Shown: in pieces, positions 28,413 through 37,937 of the stretch
Layout: every line of letters starts with the position of its first letter
How positions within the stretch are numbered: the stretch's first letter is position 1
NCBI GenBank assembly: GCA_018816735.1
Contig: JAHIVH010000129.1
Span: 138,628-202,627, forward strand
Reading direction: 5' to 3'
DNA: 64,000 nucleotides
Origin: Pseudomonadota bacterium
Lineage (GTDB): Bacteria > Desulfobacterota > Desulfobacteria > Desulfobacterales > JAHIVH01
Translations under genes and position numbers: made by a program
Notes under the pieces: generated by a model
What the model saw: only the letters and a program-made list of their open reading frames with translations
Database searches by the model: none
What the model was told of the DNA's origin: nothing

Positions 28413-28869
28413 CCAATTGCTCAAATAATGATTCAAGTTTATTTTTCAGTGACTCATGGCGGATTTTTCAATATTAATGTCTGGGCCACTGATAGCGGCG
28501 ATCCGGAAATCAATTTGTTGTTCAATGACGGTGTTCTTTCAATGGATGACTTTATTGAAAACGATGATGATGGTGGCGCTGGTTTAAAACAGCTATATTG
28601 GAAGAAATCTGGGTATAGGCGATTATCTGCTGCGGGTCAGCGAGTTTGATTTTGGTGCTTTTGACGGATCAGACCCAATCATTCTGGCAGGTTTTGAAGA
28701 TTCCGTAGAGGGTGATTTTTTCTTTAACTATAGCATCGCATCCCAGTGTGGAACGGTCGTACCAGGTTCAGACGAACATCAGCCGGTTCCCGAACCTGCA
28801 ACCATGATGCTCATGGGATTGGGCCTCATCGGCCTTGCAGGTGTGGGCAGAAAGAAAATAAAAAAATAA
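28413..28869 (+). pseudogene. Decayed PPC-like / PEP-CTERM protein gene (frameshifted, with no signal peptide left)
   Basis: The frame-0 ORF ends ...NDDDGGAGLKQL. Removing one A from the A4 run at 28586-28589 joins it to ...GLNSYIGRNLGIGDYLLRVSEF...PVPEPATMMLMGLGLIGLAGVGRKKIKK*, a textbook PEP-CTERM anchor. An upstream in-frame stop lies at 28410-28412. Confidence 0.55.
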
Positions 28870-28894
28870 TTCACGGTTTTCTATATCTTATCTG

Positions 28895-28930
28895 AAAAAA
28901 GGCAGGGCTATAATGGCTCTGCCTTTTTTT
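28895..28930. terminator. Bidirectional intrinsic terminator hairpin
   Basis: AAAAAA-GGCAGGGC-loop-GCTCTGCC-TTTTTTT, located between two convergent genes. Confidence 0.6.
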
Positions 28931-29574
28931 CAGGTATCTTCCAATCGGAACACGACCGGTACATTGACCCACATGTCAATTTTTTTGTCTCCTTTTCTGC
29001 CAGGCTCGAATGCCCAGTTCTTCACGGCTTTTTGGGCGGCACTGTCCAGCATATCGTAGCCGCTTGAATTTATAATTTTTATTTCCATGGCCTGGCCACG
29101 TTTATCCACCAGAACCCGAAGCAGCACTTGCCCGGAATAGCCTCGCCTTATAGCCATGGCCGGGTATTTGGGTGGTGGATTGATTTTATAAAGCGGTGTT
29201 GCTTCATTGACTGCTTCCACATTCGCCATATCCTTCCCTGCTTCAGGCAGCACATCCGGCTCTTCCTCTTGTATTTTTTCAGCAGGTTCAGAAGGTTCTT
29301 CCGGTTCGGATATTGCAGGAGGTTTTTCAGGGGAAGGAAGAACCGGTTTTTTTGCATGTGTGGGTTTTGGTTTCTGTTTGATAGGGTTTTTTTTTTCAGG
29401 TTGGGTGACAGATGGTCTGACCGGCATCTTTTTTTTCTGTTGAAAGAGCGTCATGGTGACCATCCTGATTTGGGGGGGATGTTCTTTTTCCGTATTTTTC
29501 AGGTGTATTTTACAGGTAAAAAAGAACGCGTGAACCAGGATGGCCAGAATCAAAGCTGCCAATAACCGTTTCAT
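28930..29574 (-). CDS. tonB: Energy transducer TonB
   Basis: N-terminal TM anchor, Pro/Lys/Glu-rich spacer (PKPTHAKKPVLPSPEKPPAISEPEEP), and a TonB C-terminal domain (YPAMAIRRGYSGQVLLRVLVDKRG...VPVVFRL). Confidence 0.85.
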   Translation of the reverse strand: MKRLLAALILAILVHAFFFTCKIHLKNTEKEHPPQIRMVTMTLFQQKKKMPVRPSVTQPEKKNPIKQKPKPTHAKKPVLPSPEKPPAISEPEEPSEPAEKIQEEEPDVLPEAGKDMANVEAVNEATPLYKINPPPKYPAMAIRRGYSGQVLLRVLVDKRGQAMEIKIINSSGYDMLDSAAQKAVKNWAFEPGRKGDKKIDMWVNVPVVFRLEDT

Positions 29575-29576
29575 TT

Positions 29577-29981
29577 TCAGTTTTCTTTCTCCGCCTGCAT
29601 GGAAACTCTTTCGATACCTGCCAGTTTGATCTGGTCCAGAACGGAAAAAAGTTGTTGATAGGGAAGACGGTTATCTGCAAAGAGAAGAACGCCCGGTTTT
29701 TCCTGACCTGTCATTTTCTGCTTCAGATAGCTTCCCAGTTCTTCAACCGGAATGGGGGTTTTGTCGACAGATACGGCTCCTGCCGAATCAATGGAAATCG
29801 AGAGAAGAAGGTTCTTATCCACTTCTGCTGTGGAAGATACCGGAAGATTAATCGGTAATCCTCTGTGAACAGCCATGGAAAGCATGGCGTAGATAAAAAA
29901 AACAAGAAGCAGAAAGACAATATCAATCAAAGGCAGCATTTCAATTCTTGCTTTTCGGTCAATATCAAGGCGGAGTTTCAC
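29577..29981 (-). CDS. exbD: ExbD/TolR biopolymer transport protein
   Basis: IEMLPLIDIVFLLLVFF, with the conserved TM aspartate. 134 aa. Confidence 0.85.
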   Translation of the reverse strand: MKLRLDIDRKARIEMLPLIDIVFLLLVFFIYAMLSMAVHRGLPINLPVSSTAEVDKNLLLSISIDSAGAVSVDKTPIPVEELGSYLKQKMTGQEKPGVLLFADNRLPYQQLFSVLDQIKLAGIERVSMQAEKEN

Positions 29982-30612
29982 GGTTCCCCTCCTTTAGGGT
30001 TTGTTTTGAAGGACTCAAAAGCCTTTCATAGACAATTTCAAGACTTGTGGCGTATTTTTCGATATTCAATGCAGCTCTTTCAATCCGTGAATTAAAATAG
30101 TTATAGGGAAAAACAGTGATTATGGCGATCCCAAGCCCGGATGCCGTCGTAATCAGGGCTTGGGCTATACCGCCTGTGACAGCAACCGGATCACCGATCC
30201 CTGCTTGCCCCAGCATGTCAAATGATGAGATGATTCCCAGAACCGTTCCAAAAATTCCCAGAAGAGGGGATACCGTTATCATGGTGTCAAGGATGCCCAT
30301 ATATTGTCTCATGTTTCTTATTTCTTCTGCGCCAGCCTGTTCCATGGCCTTTACGAGGGAGTATTCCCGGTGGACAATTCCGGTGACCAGCACTTTGATG
30401 ACATAGTTTTTTGATCCGGTTACTTTTTTTCGAACACTTTCCCAATCACCCTTTTCACAGAGATCGAGCATTTCATGAATGAGATCTTTATTTTTTCTCA
30501 TGCCAACGGCAACCCAGAAAAATGCTCTTTCAATGATAACCGTAAGCGATATCACCGAACAGAGCAACAGCGGGTACATTACCGGCCCACCGTTTTTAAA
30601 TATTTCAATCAT
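29965..30612 (-). CDS. exbB: MotA/TolQ/ExbB proton-channel protein
   Basis: Three-TM layout with the conserved C-terminal half (LGIFGTVLGIISSF, GGIAQALITTASGLGIAI). Confidence 0.85.
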   Translation of the reverse strand: MIEIFKNGGPVMYPLLLCSVISLTVIIERAFFWVAVGMRKNKDLIHEMLDLCEKGDWESVRKKVTGSKNYVIKVLVTGIVHREYSLVKAMEQAGAEEIRNMRQYMGILDTMITVSPLLGIFGTVLGIISSFDMLGQAGIGDPVAVTGGIAQALITTASGLGIAIITVFPYNYFNSRIERAALNIEKYATSLEIVYERLLSPSKQTLKEGNRETPP

Positions 30613-30626
30613 CTGTTTTTACCCTA

Positions 30627-31937
30627 TTAAAATAACGTTTTGAAAAATGAAAACCCGGCTGTTTGAATAAAGCATAACCTGTCGGAATTACTTCCGTCAT
30701 CATCATCTTCTTCGGTAGCTGTGCTTATCGTGCCACAGAAGACGATGTCTCCCGGATTGAATTGGGTTTCTATGACTTCGTCTATTGTATTTGAAGACGG
30801 ATCATAGATGATGATGGACGGTTCATCCAGGCCACCTGCTGTTCCGCTATTCACCCAGAGCATGTCATTCTCATCCGCATAAATTCCATTTGACATGCCT
30901 GAGATATCGAGATTTTGAAGACCGGTCACTTCTCCTGTCACGCTGCCTGTTGATGGATTGAATTCATAAACCGTGCAGTCTCCCCAGGCGTGATAAGACA
31001 CAAAATAGCTTTTGGCGGCAGAAACAATGGCCATGCCGAAAATTCTTCCCCCGTAAAGAGCGGTTCCGTCACCTGCCGTATCGTCATCCACAAGTTTTGT
31101 CACTTCATACGTATCTGGATTCAATGACACGATACCGCCTGCGAGATCGCCATCTGTACCGGAGCCCTGGATGTAAATCATATTATTTTCAGGAAGATAT
31201 TGAATTTCTCCGGTGTTTTTAATGGTGGAAGGGATGCCTTTCATCCCCCCTTCTCCTTTGCCGGTGTCGATTTCCGTATCCGTATCCGTGTCTATGACGG
31301 CAATATAGGATGTGTTATATACATAATTGCCCCAACCGCCTGAAAAATCGATCCGTTGAATATTGACAAACAACTTGCCGTCTACAATGGTTCCCTTGTG
31401 CATTTCCGGTACACCGTCATTGTCTGCATAAGCACTGAAGTCGATTTCACCGGTTTTGAATTCAGCTTGTGTGGTTGCGGAAGGGTTGACAATCCATGCT
31501 TTGGTGGAACCGTATCGTAACAGATAGGCTTTTTGTTCGGATAAAAAAATGAGGTCATGGGGGTTTGCTGCTGCAATATCTTCTCCCTGACAGGAATACT
31601 GATAAATCATCGTCTCCGGGTTCTTCACATCATATTTGGTAATGCTGTTAAAATCCATACGCTCTATTCTGTAAAAGTAATCGCCATAGGCAACCAGTAT
31701 AAAATCCGTATTGAGAATGGAATTGACCAAATTATTGGCCGACCGTTTCCCATCAACTTTTTCCACAGATATGATGGAGAGTGCGGCAGACGTCCATGCC
31801 GGATCAATGGTTCCCACCACAGCCGTCTGGCTGGCAAATGCCTTTAGGGGAAGAATAAGCATAACCGTCAAAATCATACCGGGTAAAAAGTGTTTAATTT
31901 GCCTTGAACATGGTTTAAATAAAAGTGTCATCTTCAA
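30627..31937 (-). CDS. Secreted protein of unknown function (possibly beta-propeller-like), encoded inside the cobalamin-riboswitch operon
   Basis: Signal peptide (MILTVMLILPLKAFA/SQT). Beta-rich, Gly/Asp/Thr-rich sequence with an acidic run (TEEDDDDGSNSD) and a hydrophobic aromatic C-terminus (CFIQTAGFSFFKTLF). I recognise no family motif. Confidence 0.6.
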   Translation of the reverse strand: MKMTLLFKPCSRQIKHFLPGMILTVMLILPLKAFASQTAVVGTIDPAWTSAALSIISVEKVDGKRSANNLVNSILNTDFILVAYGDYFYRIERMDFNSITKYDVKNPETMIYQYSCQGEDIAAANPHDLIFLSEQKAYLLRYGSTKAWIVNPSATTQAEFKTGEIDFSAYADNDGVPEMHKGTIVDGKLFVNIQRIDFSGGWGNYVYNTSYIAVIDTDTDTEIDTGKGEGGMKGIPSTIKNTGEIQYLPENNMIYIQGSGTDGDLAGGIVSLNPDTYEVTKLVDDDTAGDGTALYGGRIFGMAIVSAAKSYFVSYHAWGDCTVYEFNPSTGSVTGEVTGLQNLDISGMSNGIYADENDMLWVNSGTAGGLDEPSIIIYDPSSNTIDEVIETQFNPGDIVFCGTISTATEEDDDDGSNSDRLCFIQTAGFSFFKTLF

Positions 31938-31951
31938 ATCTCCTTTTTAAA

Positions 31952-34030
31952 TTAAAATGTATATTTTGCCGTTACCGAAAATGATCTACCCGGCAACGGA
32001 TATTTATAAAATTCCTCATAAATGTCATCGAACAGGTTTTTCCCTTCAAGAGTTACCAGTAAGTCATTAAAAAGAATGGAAACGCCTGCGTTCAACTCTT
32101 TTTTATCTTCGGCTTTTCCTGCCGGTAAGTTTGGAATGTCATAGTACATATCCTGTTGAAGAATATACTCGGAAAAGAGTTTCAATCCGTTGTATCTGAA
32201 TTCGATCTTGCCCAGAAACGATTTTTTAAACCGGCCGGGAAGTTCTTTACCATTATGAGCCGATTGGTTGCTTTCATTGTTCGTGTCCTGCAGCGTCGTA
32301 TTCGCGGTCAGATAAAAATGATTCAGGAGTTGTATGTTTATGGCTGACTCAATACCATGGACAGTTGATGTGGCAATATTCTTAGGCTGTGCATTGCCGC
32401 CCGAATCGTAAACCATGACGATGAGGTCATCCACCTTGCTCGAGAAGAATGCCGTGCTGAGCCTGAAATCATTTAGAATCAGTCTTTTGCCGAATGATTG
32501 ATGAATATCCGCACCAATATCAAAATTGGTTCCTTTTTCAGCGTCAATATCAATATCACCTTTAAAATATCCCCGGTCTCCGAAAAGTTCGAAAAAAGAC
32601 GGCTCCCGAATATATCTGGCGGCATTTGTTTTTAACGTCAGCCATGTGTTTACGGCATATTTGAACCCGATCTGGGGGGTCACATATTCTTTTTTCACAT
32701 GGGATGTTTCAGGGAGGCCGATCGCTTCTGTGCCGCTTTCCCGGTGATCGTCAAATACGGTGTAGTTAACAGCAGGCGTGATCATTACCCGGTCATCAAG
32801 CAACATGAGGCTGTATTGAAGTGCGGTGACAAAACTGTTTCTGTGGCTCTGGTTGATATCTGTTGACTCAGAGGTATTCTTGTTGTCTGCATCAAATTCT
32901 TCCCGGCTGACTTCAATACGGGCATTTAAAATTCCATAGGCGGTAATCGATTCCAGAAAAAAATCACCTGAATATCGTCTATTAAGATAAATAACATCTA
33001 TAGGCGCATGGGAGGCGTTGCCGAATTCATCGGAGTAGGCCTCTTCTTTCCAGGAATATTCAAAGCCGGTCCGGGTATTAAGCTGAAAATCGGTTAGATT
33101 GTTTTTGATCAGACTGATGGAGCTGATATTTCGTTTTGTATCGAGCCTTATATTCGAGTCTTTTGTGTTGCTGCGGTCAGGCAGATCCTGATCTTTTTCA
33201 AACCACTGATTCATGAGATCAATACGCGAATCAGAAGAAAAATCATAACCGAGTTTGGCAAGGATGTTGTGCTGGTTGACGGCCGCATGGTTCCTTTTTT
33301 GCCAGTAATCATCCTCAGGTACCTCGCGTGTATTATTAGGGTTTAGATAATCAAAATCGTTGTCCGAGCCCGAATAATCCGCTGAAACCAGATAATCAAA
33401 GGGGCCGGGTTTGTGACTGATAAGGCCTGCGAGTTTGACTGTATTGAATGACCCGTAACCGGCCGTGATCGATTTCTGCATTTCTTTTCCGGCGCGAAGG
33501 GTTTTAATGTTCACCACGCCGCCAATAGAGGACCTATTGAAATTGATCGGTGCCATGCCCTTGTAGATTTCCACAGATTCCACATCGGAAAGGGAGATAT
33601 TGCTTAAATCCACACCCCCTCCTGAGGCTTCGTTCAACAGGATGCCATCAAGATAAACCATGACCTGTTCGCTGGATGATCCTCTCAGAGAAACAGACGA
33701 ATAACTGCCAAAGCCTCCGGTTTGAGTCACCTGAATACCTGCTTCTTTTTCGATGACATTTGCGAGGGTTTCCATTTTTCCGTCAAATTCATCATGAGTA
33801 ATTGTGGCGGAAAATGCGGTCGTCTGTTCCGGATCAACGTCTCCTGTCTGAAAGTTTTCTTCCGCCTTTTTGGCAGACACGATAACGGGTGCCATTGTGA
33901 CCGGACTTTCATCAGATGCGATTGCCCTGTTCAGGTGGCTTAAAAATTCCGGCACCAGGAAAAGAGCGATGAAAACAAGCAAAATGCGTTTAACAAAAAT
34001 CATGGTCAATTCATGTCTCCCATTCATCAT
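31952..34030 (-). CDS. TonB-dependent outer-membrane receptor (BtuB-like by context)
   Basis: TonB box TMAPVIVSA, plug motifs (GFGSYSSVSLRGSSSEQVMVYLDGILLN, IEIYKG), terminal ...SVTAKYTF. The true start may be the internal MIFVKR. Confidence 0.85.
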   Translation of the reverse strand: MMNGRHELTMIFVKRILLVFIALFLVPEFLSHLNRAIASDESPVTMAPVIVSAKKAEENFQTGDVDPEQTTAFSATITHDEFDGKMETLANVIEKEAGIQVTQTGGFGSYSSVSLRGSSSEQVMVYLDGILLNEASGGGVDLSNISLSDVESVEIYKGMAPINFNRSSIGGVVNIKTLRAGKEMQKSITAGYGSFNTVKLAGLISHKPGPFDYLVSADYSGSDNDFDYLNPNNTREVPEDDYWQKRNHAAVNQHNILAKLGYDFSSDSRIDLMNQWFEKDQDLPDRSNTKDSNIRLDTKRNISSISLIKNNLTDFQLNTRTGFEYSWKEEAYSDEFGNASHAPIDVIYLNRRYSGDFFLESITAYGILNARIEVSREEFDADNKNTSESTDINQSHRNSFVTALQYSLMLLDDRVMITPAVNYTVFDDHRESGTEAIGLPETSHVKKEYVTPQIGFKYAVNTWLTLKTNAARYIREPSFFELFGDRGYFKGDIDIDAEKGTNFDIGADIHQSFGKRLILNDFRLSTAFFSSKVDDLIVMVYDSGGNAQPKNIATSTVHGIESAINIQLLNHFYLTANTTLQDTNNESNQSAHNGKELPGRFKKSFLGKIEFRYNGLKLFSEYILQQDMYYDIPNLPAGKAEDKKELNAGVSILFNDLLVTLEGKNLFDDIYEEFYKYPLPGRSFSVTAKYTF

Positions 34031-34061
34031 TAAATAAAAAAGGGATATTCCCTGTATTTAA

Positions 34062-34886
34062 TTAAATCCCAGGAATATCCTTTACTTTGAGAATCGTTCC
34101 CCTTTTTCCCGGAACAAGTGTCACTCTGGGAAAATCGCCCATAGGACTTTGATCGATAATGAGTTCGCATCCATATGTTTTTTTAAGGATGCTTTCTGTC
34201 AGAACGTCTCGGGGTGATCCCATTTTTACAATCGTTCCATTTTTTAACAGGAGAAGATCATCGCCATACATGGATGCCAGATTCAGATCATGCGATACCA
34301 TGACAATGGTCAACCCTTTTTCTTTTTTCAGTTTTTCCATCAGGCTCATGACATTGATCTGATGGGCCAGATCAAGGGAAGCAGTCGGTTCGTCAAGAAG
34401 AATAATATCCGGTTCCTGGCAGATGGCCCTTGCAATAAATACCCGCTGGCGTTCTCCCCCGCTTAATTGATTGAGTTTTTTTTGGGAATGATGGGCAATG
34501 CCTGTGAATTGCATGGCTTTTTCAGCAATATCCCGATCTTTTTCCCCGTGAACCCCTAACACACCCAGATACGGGGTCCGTCCCATCAATACAAGCTCCG
34601 TGACCGTGAAAGGAAAGTCAGTTGGAATGGTTTGAGGCACGAATGCCATTTGACGGGCCAGTTCTTTTCTGGCATGTCGTCTGATTGACCGGCCGAAAAG
34701 CTTTAATTTGCCTTTTTTAAATTTTTCAACACCGGATAGCATTTTCATCAGTGTGGTTTTTCCGGAGCCATTGGGCCCGATGATGACAAAAAACCGGCCC
34801 TTTTCTATTGAAAAGGAGATGTCCGCCAGGACGATCTCTTTTTTGTATGAAAAATATATGTTTTTAACATCAATCGCAGGCGTCAT
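34062..34886 (-). CDS. ABC transporter ATP-binding protein (BtuD/FepC class)
   Basis: Walker A GPNGSGKTT, signature LSGGERQRVFIARAI, Walker B IILLDEPTASLD. 4-nt overlap with the permease gene. Confidence 0.85.
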   Translation of the reverse strand: MTPAIDVKNIYFSYKKEIVLADISFSIEKGRFFVIIGPNGSGKTTLMKMLSGVEKFKKGKLKLFGRSIRRHARKELARQMAFVPQTIPTDFPFTVTELVLMGRTPYLGVLGVHGEKDRDIAEKAMQFTGIAHHSQKKLNQLSGGERQRVFIARAICQEPDIILLDEPTASLDLAHQINVMSLMEKLKKEKGLTIVMVSHDLNLASMYGDDLLLLKNGTIVKMGSPRDVLTESILKKTYGCELIIDQSPMGDFPRVTLVPGKRGTILKVKDIPGI

Positions 34887-35896
34887 GAGGCAGTCTTTTT
34901 TAATAGTATAATAAACAGGGGTGCGCCAATCAGTGCTGTGATCACGCCTGCGGGCATTTCTCCCTGGGCAGGAAGCACTCTTGCAAGAAGGTCACAAAAA
35001 ACCATATAGGCACCTCCACCCAGTAAACATGCCGGTACCAGTATCCTGTGATCAGGTCCTAAGATCATCCTTAATAAATGGGGAATAACGAGGCCCACAA
35101 AACCGATCAGGCCACAATGGCTGACCGTGGCGCTTATCATGAATGTCGTTGTGGTAAGAAGAATCAGGGTGACCCGCTTGATATGAATTCCCATGGTGAG
35201 GGCCAGTTCATCTCCCAGCAGAAGGATATTCATGATATTTGAATACCTGAAAATGACAACAAAGCATGGCAAAAGCAATATTGAAAGGATGCCCACCTGA
35301 TGAAGATCAGAGGAGGACAGGTCGCCCATCAACCAGAACATGATATTATGCAGCCGGGCATCCTGGGTCAGGGAAATCAAAAACATGATGACGGCAGAAC
35401 AGAATGCATTGACCATCACACCGGATAAAAGCAGGGCATCTTTGATCAGAATGGATTTACCGGAGGCCATTAAAAGGATCAGGAGAAGGGTGGTGATGCT
35501 TCCTGAAAAGGCGGTCAGGTTGACACCGGGAAATCGGGACAGACCCAGGAGTATGCCAATAATAGCACCAATGGCGGCCCCGCCTGAAATACCTAAAATA
35601 TAAGGCTCTGCAAGCGGATTTTTTAAAAGCGCCTGAAACACAAGTCCGCCTGAAGACAGGGCCGCACCCACGAGGGCTGCCACAAGAACGCGCGGTAACC
35701 GGATTTTCCAGATAATGGACGCCAGCATGGCGTCATCCGCGTTGGACGGGTTTAAAGATCGCCAGATGGCGGAAAAACCACCACCCGTGGAGCCTTCTGA
35801 CAATCCCAGAACCATGGCAAAGAAGAGCAACAAAAGCAAAATAAACGAAACCGTGAAGATGCGTTTGATAAGGGCTGAGGTTAAATTTGCGTTCAT
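34883..35896 (-). CDS. FecCD/BtuC-family ABC permease
   Basis: Polytopic membrane protein with FecCD motifs (LPRVLVAALVGAALSSGGLVFQALLKNPLAEPYILGISGGA). Confidence 0.85.
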   Translation of the reverse strand: MNANLTSALIKRIFTVSFILLLLLFFAMVLGLSEGSTGGGFSAIWRSLNPSNADDAMLASIIWKIRLPRVLVAALVGAALSSGGLVFQALLKNPLAEPYILGISGGAAIGAIIGILLGLSRFPGVNLTAFSGSITTLLLILLMASGKSILIKDALLLSGVMVNAFCSAVIMFLISLTQDARLHNIMFWLMGDLSSSDLHQVGILSILLLPCFVVIFRYSNIMNILLLGDELALTMGIHIKRVTLILLTTTTFMISATVSHCGLIGFVGLVIPHLLRMILGPDHRILVPACLLGGGAYMVFCDLLARVLPAQGEMPAGVITALIGAPLFIILLKKTAS

Positions 35897-35901
35897 GTCA
35901 T

Positions 35902-36837
35902 TTACTCGTAAGGGGTAAACAGCTCAGGATGAATCAGCCTGGCAATCAGTTCAAGTCCATCCACCAGCCGGGGCGTGGCCCGATCCAGAATATCTGAATC
36001 CGCAATAAGGATACGGTCATTTTTAACAGCCGGAAGATCGGACCAGGTCGACCATTCTTTTTTTGCCTGATCAAAAGTCTTCTCTCTTTCCATGGAGGTG
36101 ATAATGATAATTTCCGGTGACAATGAAAGTACCTGTTCTTTTGAATACCTGGGGTAGGGGATAGGCCCTTCTGAAAGGTTTTTGCCACCGGCAAGAACAA
36201 TCAATTCATGAAGAAAGGTCTGGGTTCCCACAGAGACAATGGGAGAAATGCCTATTTGAAGGAAAACCTTTGGTATATGCGTGGCTTTGGAAATGTTTTC
36301 TTTGACACGGTTGATTCTTGCCTGCATGTCTGCCACGATTTTTTTTGCCTCAATTTCCGCGTTAAGCAGATTTCCGATTTCAATGAGGGCTGTCATCACC
36401 GACTCTAGATTGTTGGGGTCCACCGCATACACAGGGATGCCAAGACCGTCAAGTTTATCGACAGCGGATTTGGGATTGCCATCCTTCACAGCGATGCACA
36501 GATCCGGGTTGAGTACGACAATTTTTTCCACATCAAGATGAATATATGATCCCACAGAGGCAATCTGTCTGGCTGCTTTCGGGTAATTGCTGAATTGGGT
36601 GACCCCTTTTAAAAGCGACCCTCTGCCAATGGCAAAAACGATTTCCGTAATACTGGGTGCCAGGGACACGATTCGTTTTGGATGATCTGGAACAATGACA
36701 GTACGTTCCAATTGGTCTGTTACCGTTTTTGCCTGTACATTCAATGTGTTCACAGGCAGCAGCATCATGGCGCAAAAATACAAAAATATGCGTCTCAGGC
36801 TGAGATATCGATATTGTCGAATGATTCCTGTTGCCAT
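35902..36837 (-). CDS. Periplasmic binding protein (BtuF/FhuD class)
   Basis: KRIVSLAPSITEIVFAIG motif. I chose the start at ATG 36837, which is preceded by GAGGAGAG. The longer ORF (to 36873) would run into the riboswitch terminator. Confidence 0.8.
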   Translation of the reverse strand: MATGIIRQYRYLSLRRIFLYFCAMMLLPVNTLNVQAKTVTDQLERTVIVPDHPKRIVSLAPSITEIVFAIGRGSLLKGVTQFSNYPKAARQIASVGSYIHLDVEKIVVLNPDLCIAVKDGNPKSAVDKLDGLGIPVYAVDPNNLESVMTALIEIGNLLNAEIEAKKIVADMQARINRVKENISKATHIPKVFLQIGISPIVSVGTQTFLHELIVLAGGKNLSEGPIPYPRYSKEQVLSLSPEIIIITSMEREKTFDQAKKEWSTWSDLPAVKNDRILIADSDILDRATPRLVDGLELIARLIHPELFTPYE

Positions 36838-36852
36838 TTCCGGACTCTCCTC

Positions 36853-36890
36853 AAAAAAAAATCCCCGAACCAAAACTCATGGCCGGGGAT
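36853..36890 (-). terminator. Intrinsic terminator-like hairpin forming the riboswitch expression platform
   Basis: Minus strand reads TCCCCGGCC-atgagttt-GGTTCGGGGA followed by T9, directly upstream of the RBS of the first operon gene. Confidence 0.5.
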
Positions 36891-36894
36891 AGAT

Positions 36895-37085
36895 GTGTCC
36901 CATTGTCGTGCCCCTGTCCACGGAGGTTTCTATTATCAGGCAGGTTTTCTGACTCCCGGATCATCCTACTTGCTGCGCCTTCCCGTCAGAATTGTTTCCT
37001 GACAGTGGCCAGATGGCAGCTTTCGTCCCCGATCACAGCGGCGGGCCCGTCCCGGTTTTTCACCGGGTTCCCTTTTTAATCCGTT
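36895..37085 (-). promoter_or_regulatory. Cobalamin (AdoCbl) riboswitch
   Basis: The minus strand carries the consensus blocks AAAAGGGAACCCGGTGAAAAACCGGGAC, GCCGCTGT, GCCACTG and GGGAAGGC, plus the B12 box GAGTCAGAAAACCTGCC (36939-36955). Confidence 0.85.
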
Positions 37086-37937
37086 TTTTTCCGGATCAAG
37101 CTCAGTGCGAGCACCTGAATATTATCCGTATCATTAAATGAAAATGGAATTACAAGTCAAGGAAAATCTCAGAAGTCAGCAGTTCACATTAAACGCGGTG
37201 ATGTGTGATTCAGATGACAAATAAATCGTATGGATTATCCTACACAGTATTAAGCAGGTTCCTCTGCCGGGAAATATCACTTTTATAAAAATTCGGATAT
37301 ACCAGAGGCCTTGGACTTAATATCTGGGCTCACAATAATGCCATGTTGGCATTGAGGCATATATCGGATTTTTTTAGCGAATGTATGAAATACCCTTCGG
37401 CATTTCAGGCACTTGAAAACCGGTCGCTGGATGATTTGGGACAAGGGTGCATGGAAGAACAGGTGTATGGATAATCCTTCATTTATTTGCCATATTGCCA
37501 GATTGATGCAGATTATTAAAGATAAATAGTTAATAAAAACAATATAATAAAAGTAATATATCGTATGTGGCACAGGCTTTGATAACAGAGTCTGTAAATG
37601 TGGACAATCTATGCAGAAGATTGAAGGCATGAGGGCAGTCACGCACAGGAAACGAATCGAAAAAAAGGGATAAAAGGAATGAAAGCAGGTTTTTTGCACA
37701 ATCAGGCAAGGTGTATAAAAATAGTTACAGGTAAGATGGCCAATTTGCTAAAAACCATACTTCCTGCCTGGATTTCAAAATCATTTTATCTCATTAAAAA
37801 AATGACTGTGGTGAATCGTTGTTATGTAAATGTGGGCCGGTATCTGCACAAGAGCAGGATAAACAGTCATTTAACCAGGATACACGCGATTCATTATCAG
37901 AACAGATGACGTGATCTGTTTTTATTCATACTGCCTT

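Noticed and set aside
28428-28649. 73-aa ORF treated as an intact small gene.
   Set aside because: It has no signal peptide or RBS. Its C-terminal 20 residues are out-of-frame read-through, and homology logic continues in the +1 frame into a PEP-CTERM tail. It is better explained as part of a frameshifted pseudogene.
37568-37584. Second sigma-54-like element, TGGCAC-aggct-TTGAT.
   Set aside because: The -12 position reads GA instead of the invariant GC. The site is about 470 nt from the nearest downstream start. The 37938 site is clearly better.
37283-37699. 138-aa minus-strand ORF in the intergenic region between the B12 operon and the envelope-machine operon.
   Set aside because: It lies in very AT-rich DNA. 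The translation is low-complexity (F/I/Y/C-rich) with no motif, no RBS and no operon context. It is most likely a chance ORF.
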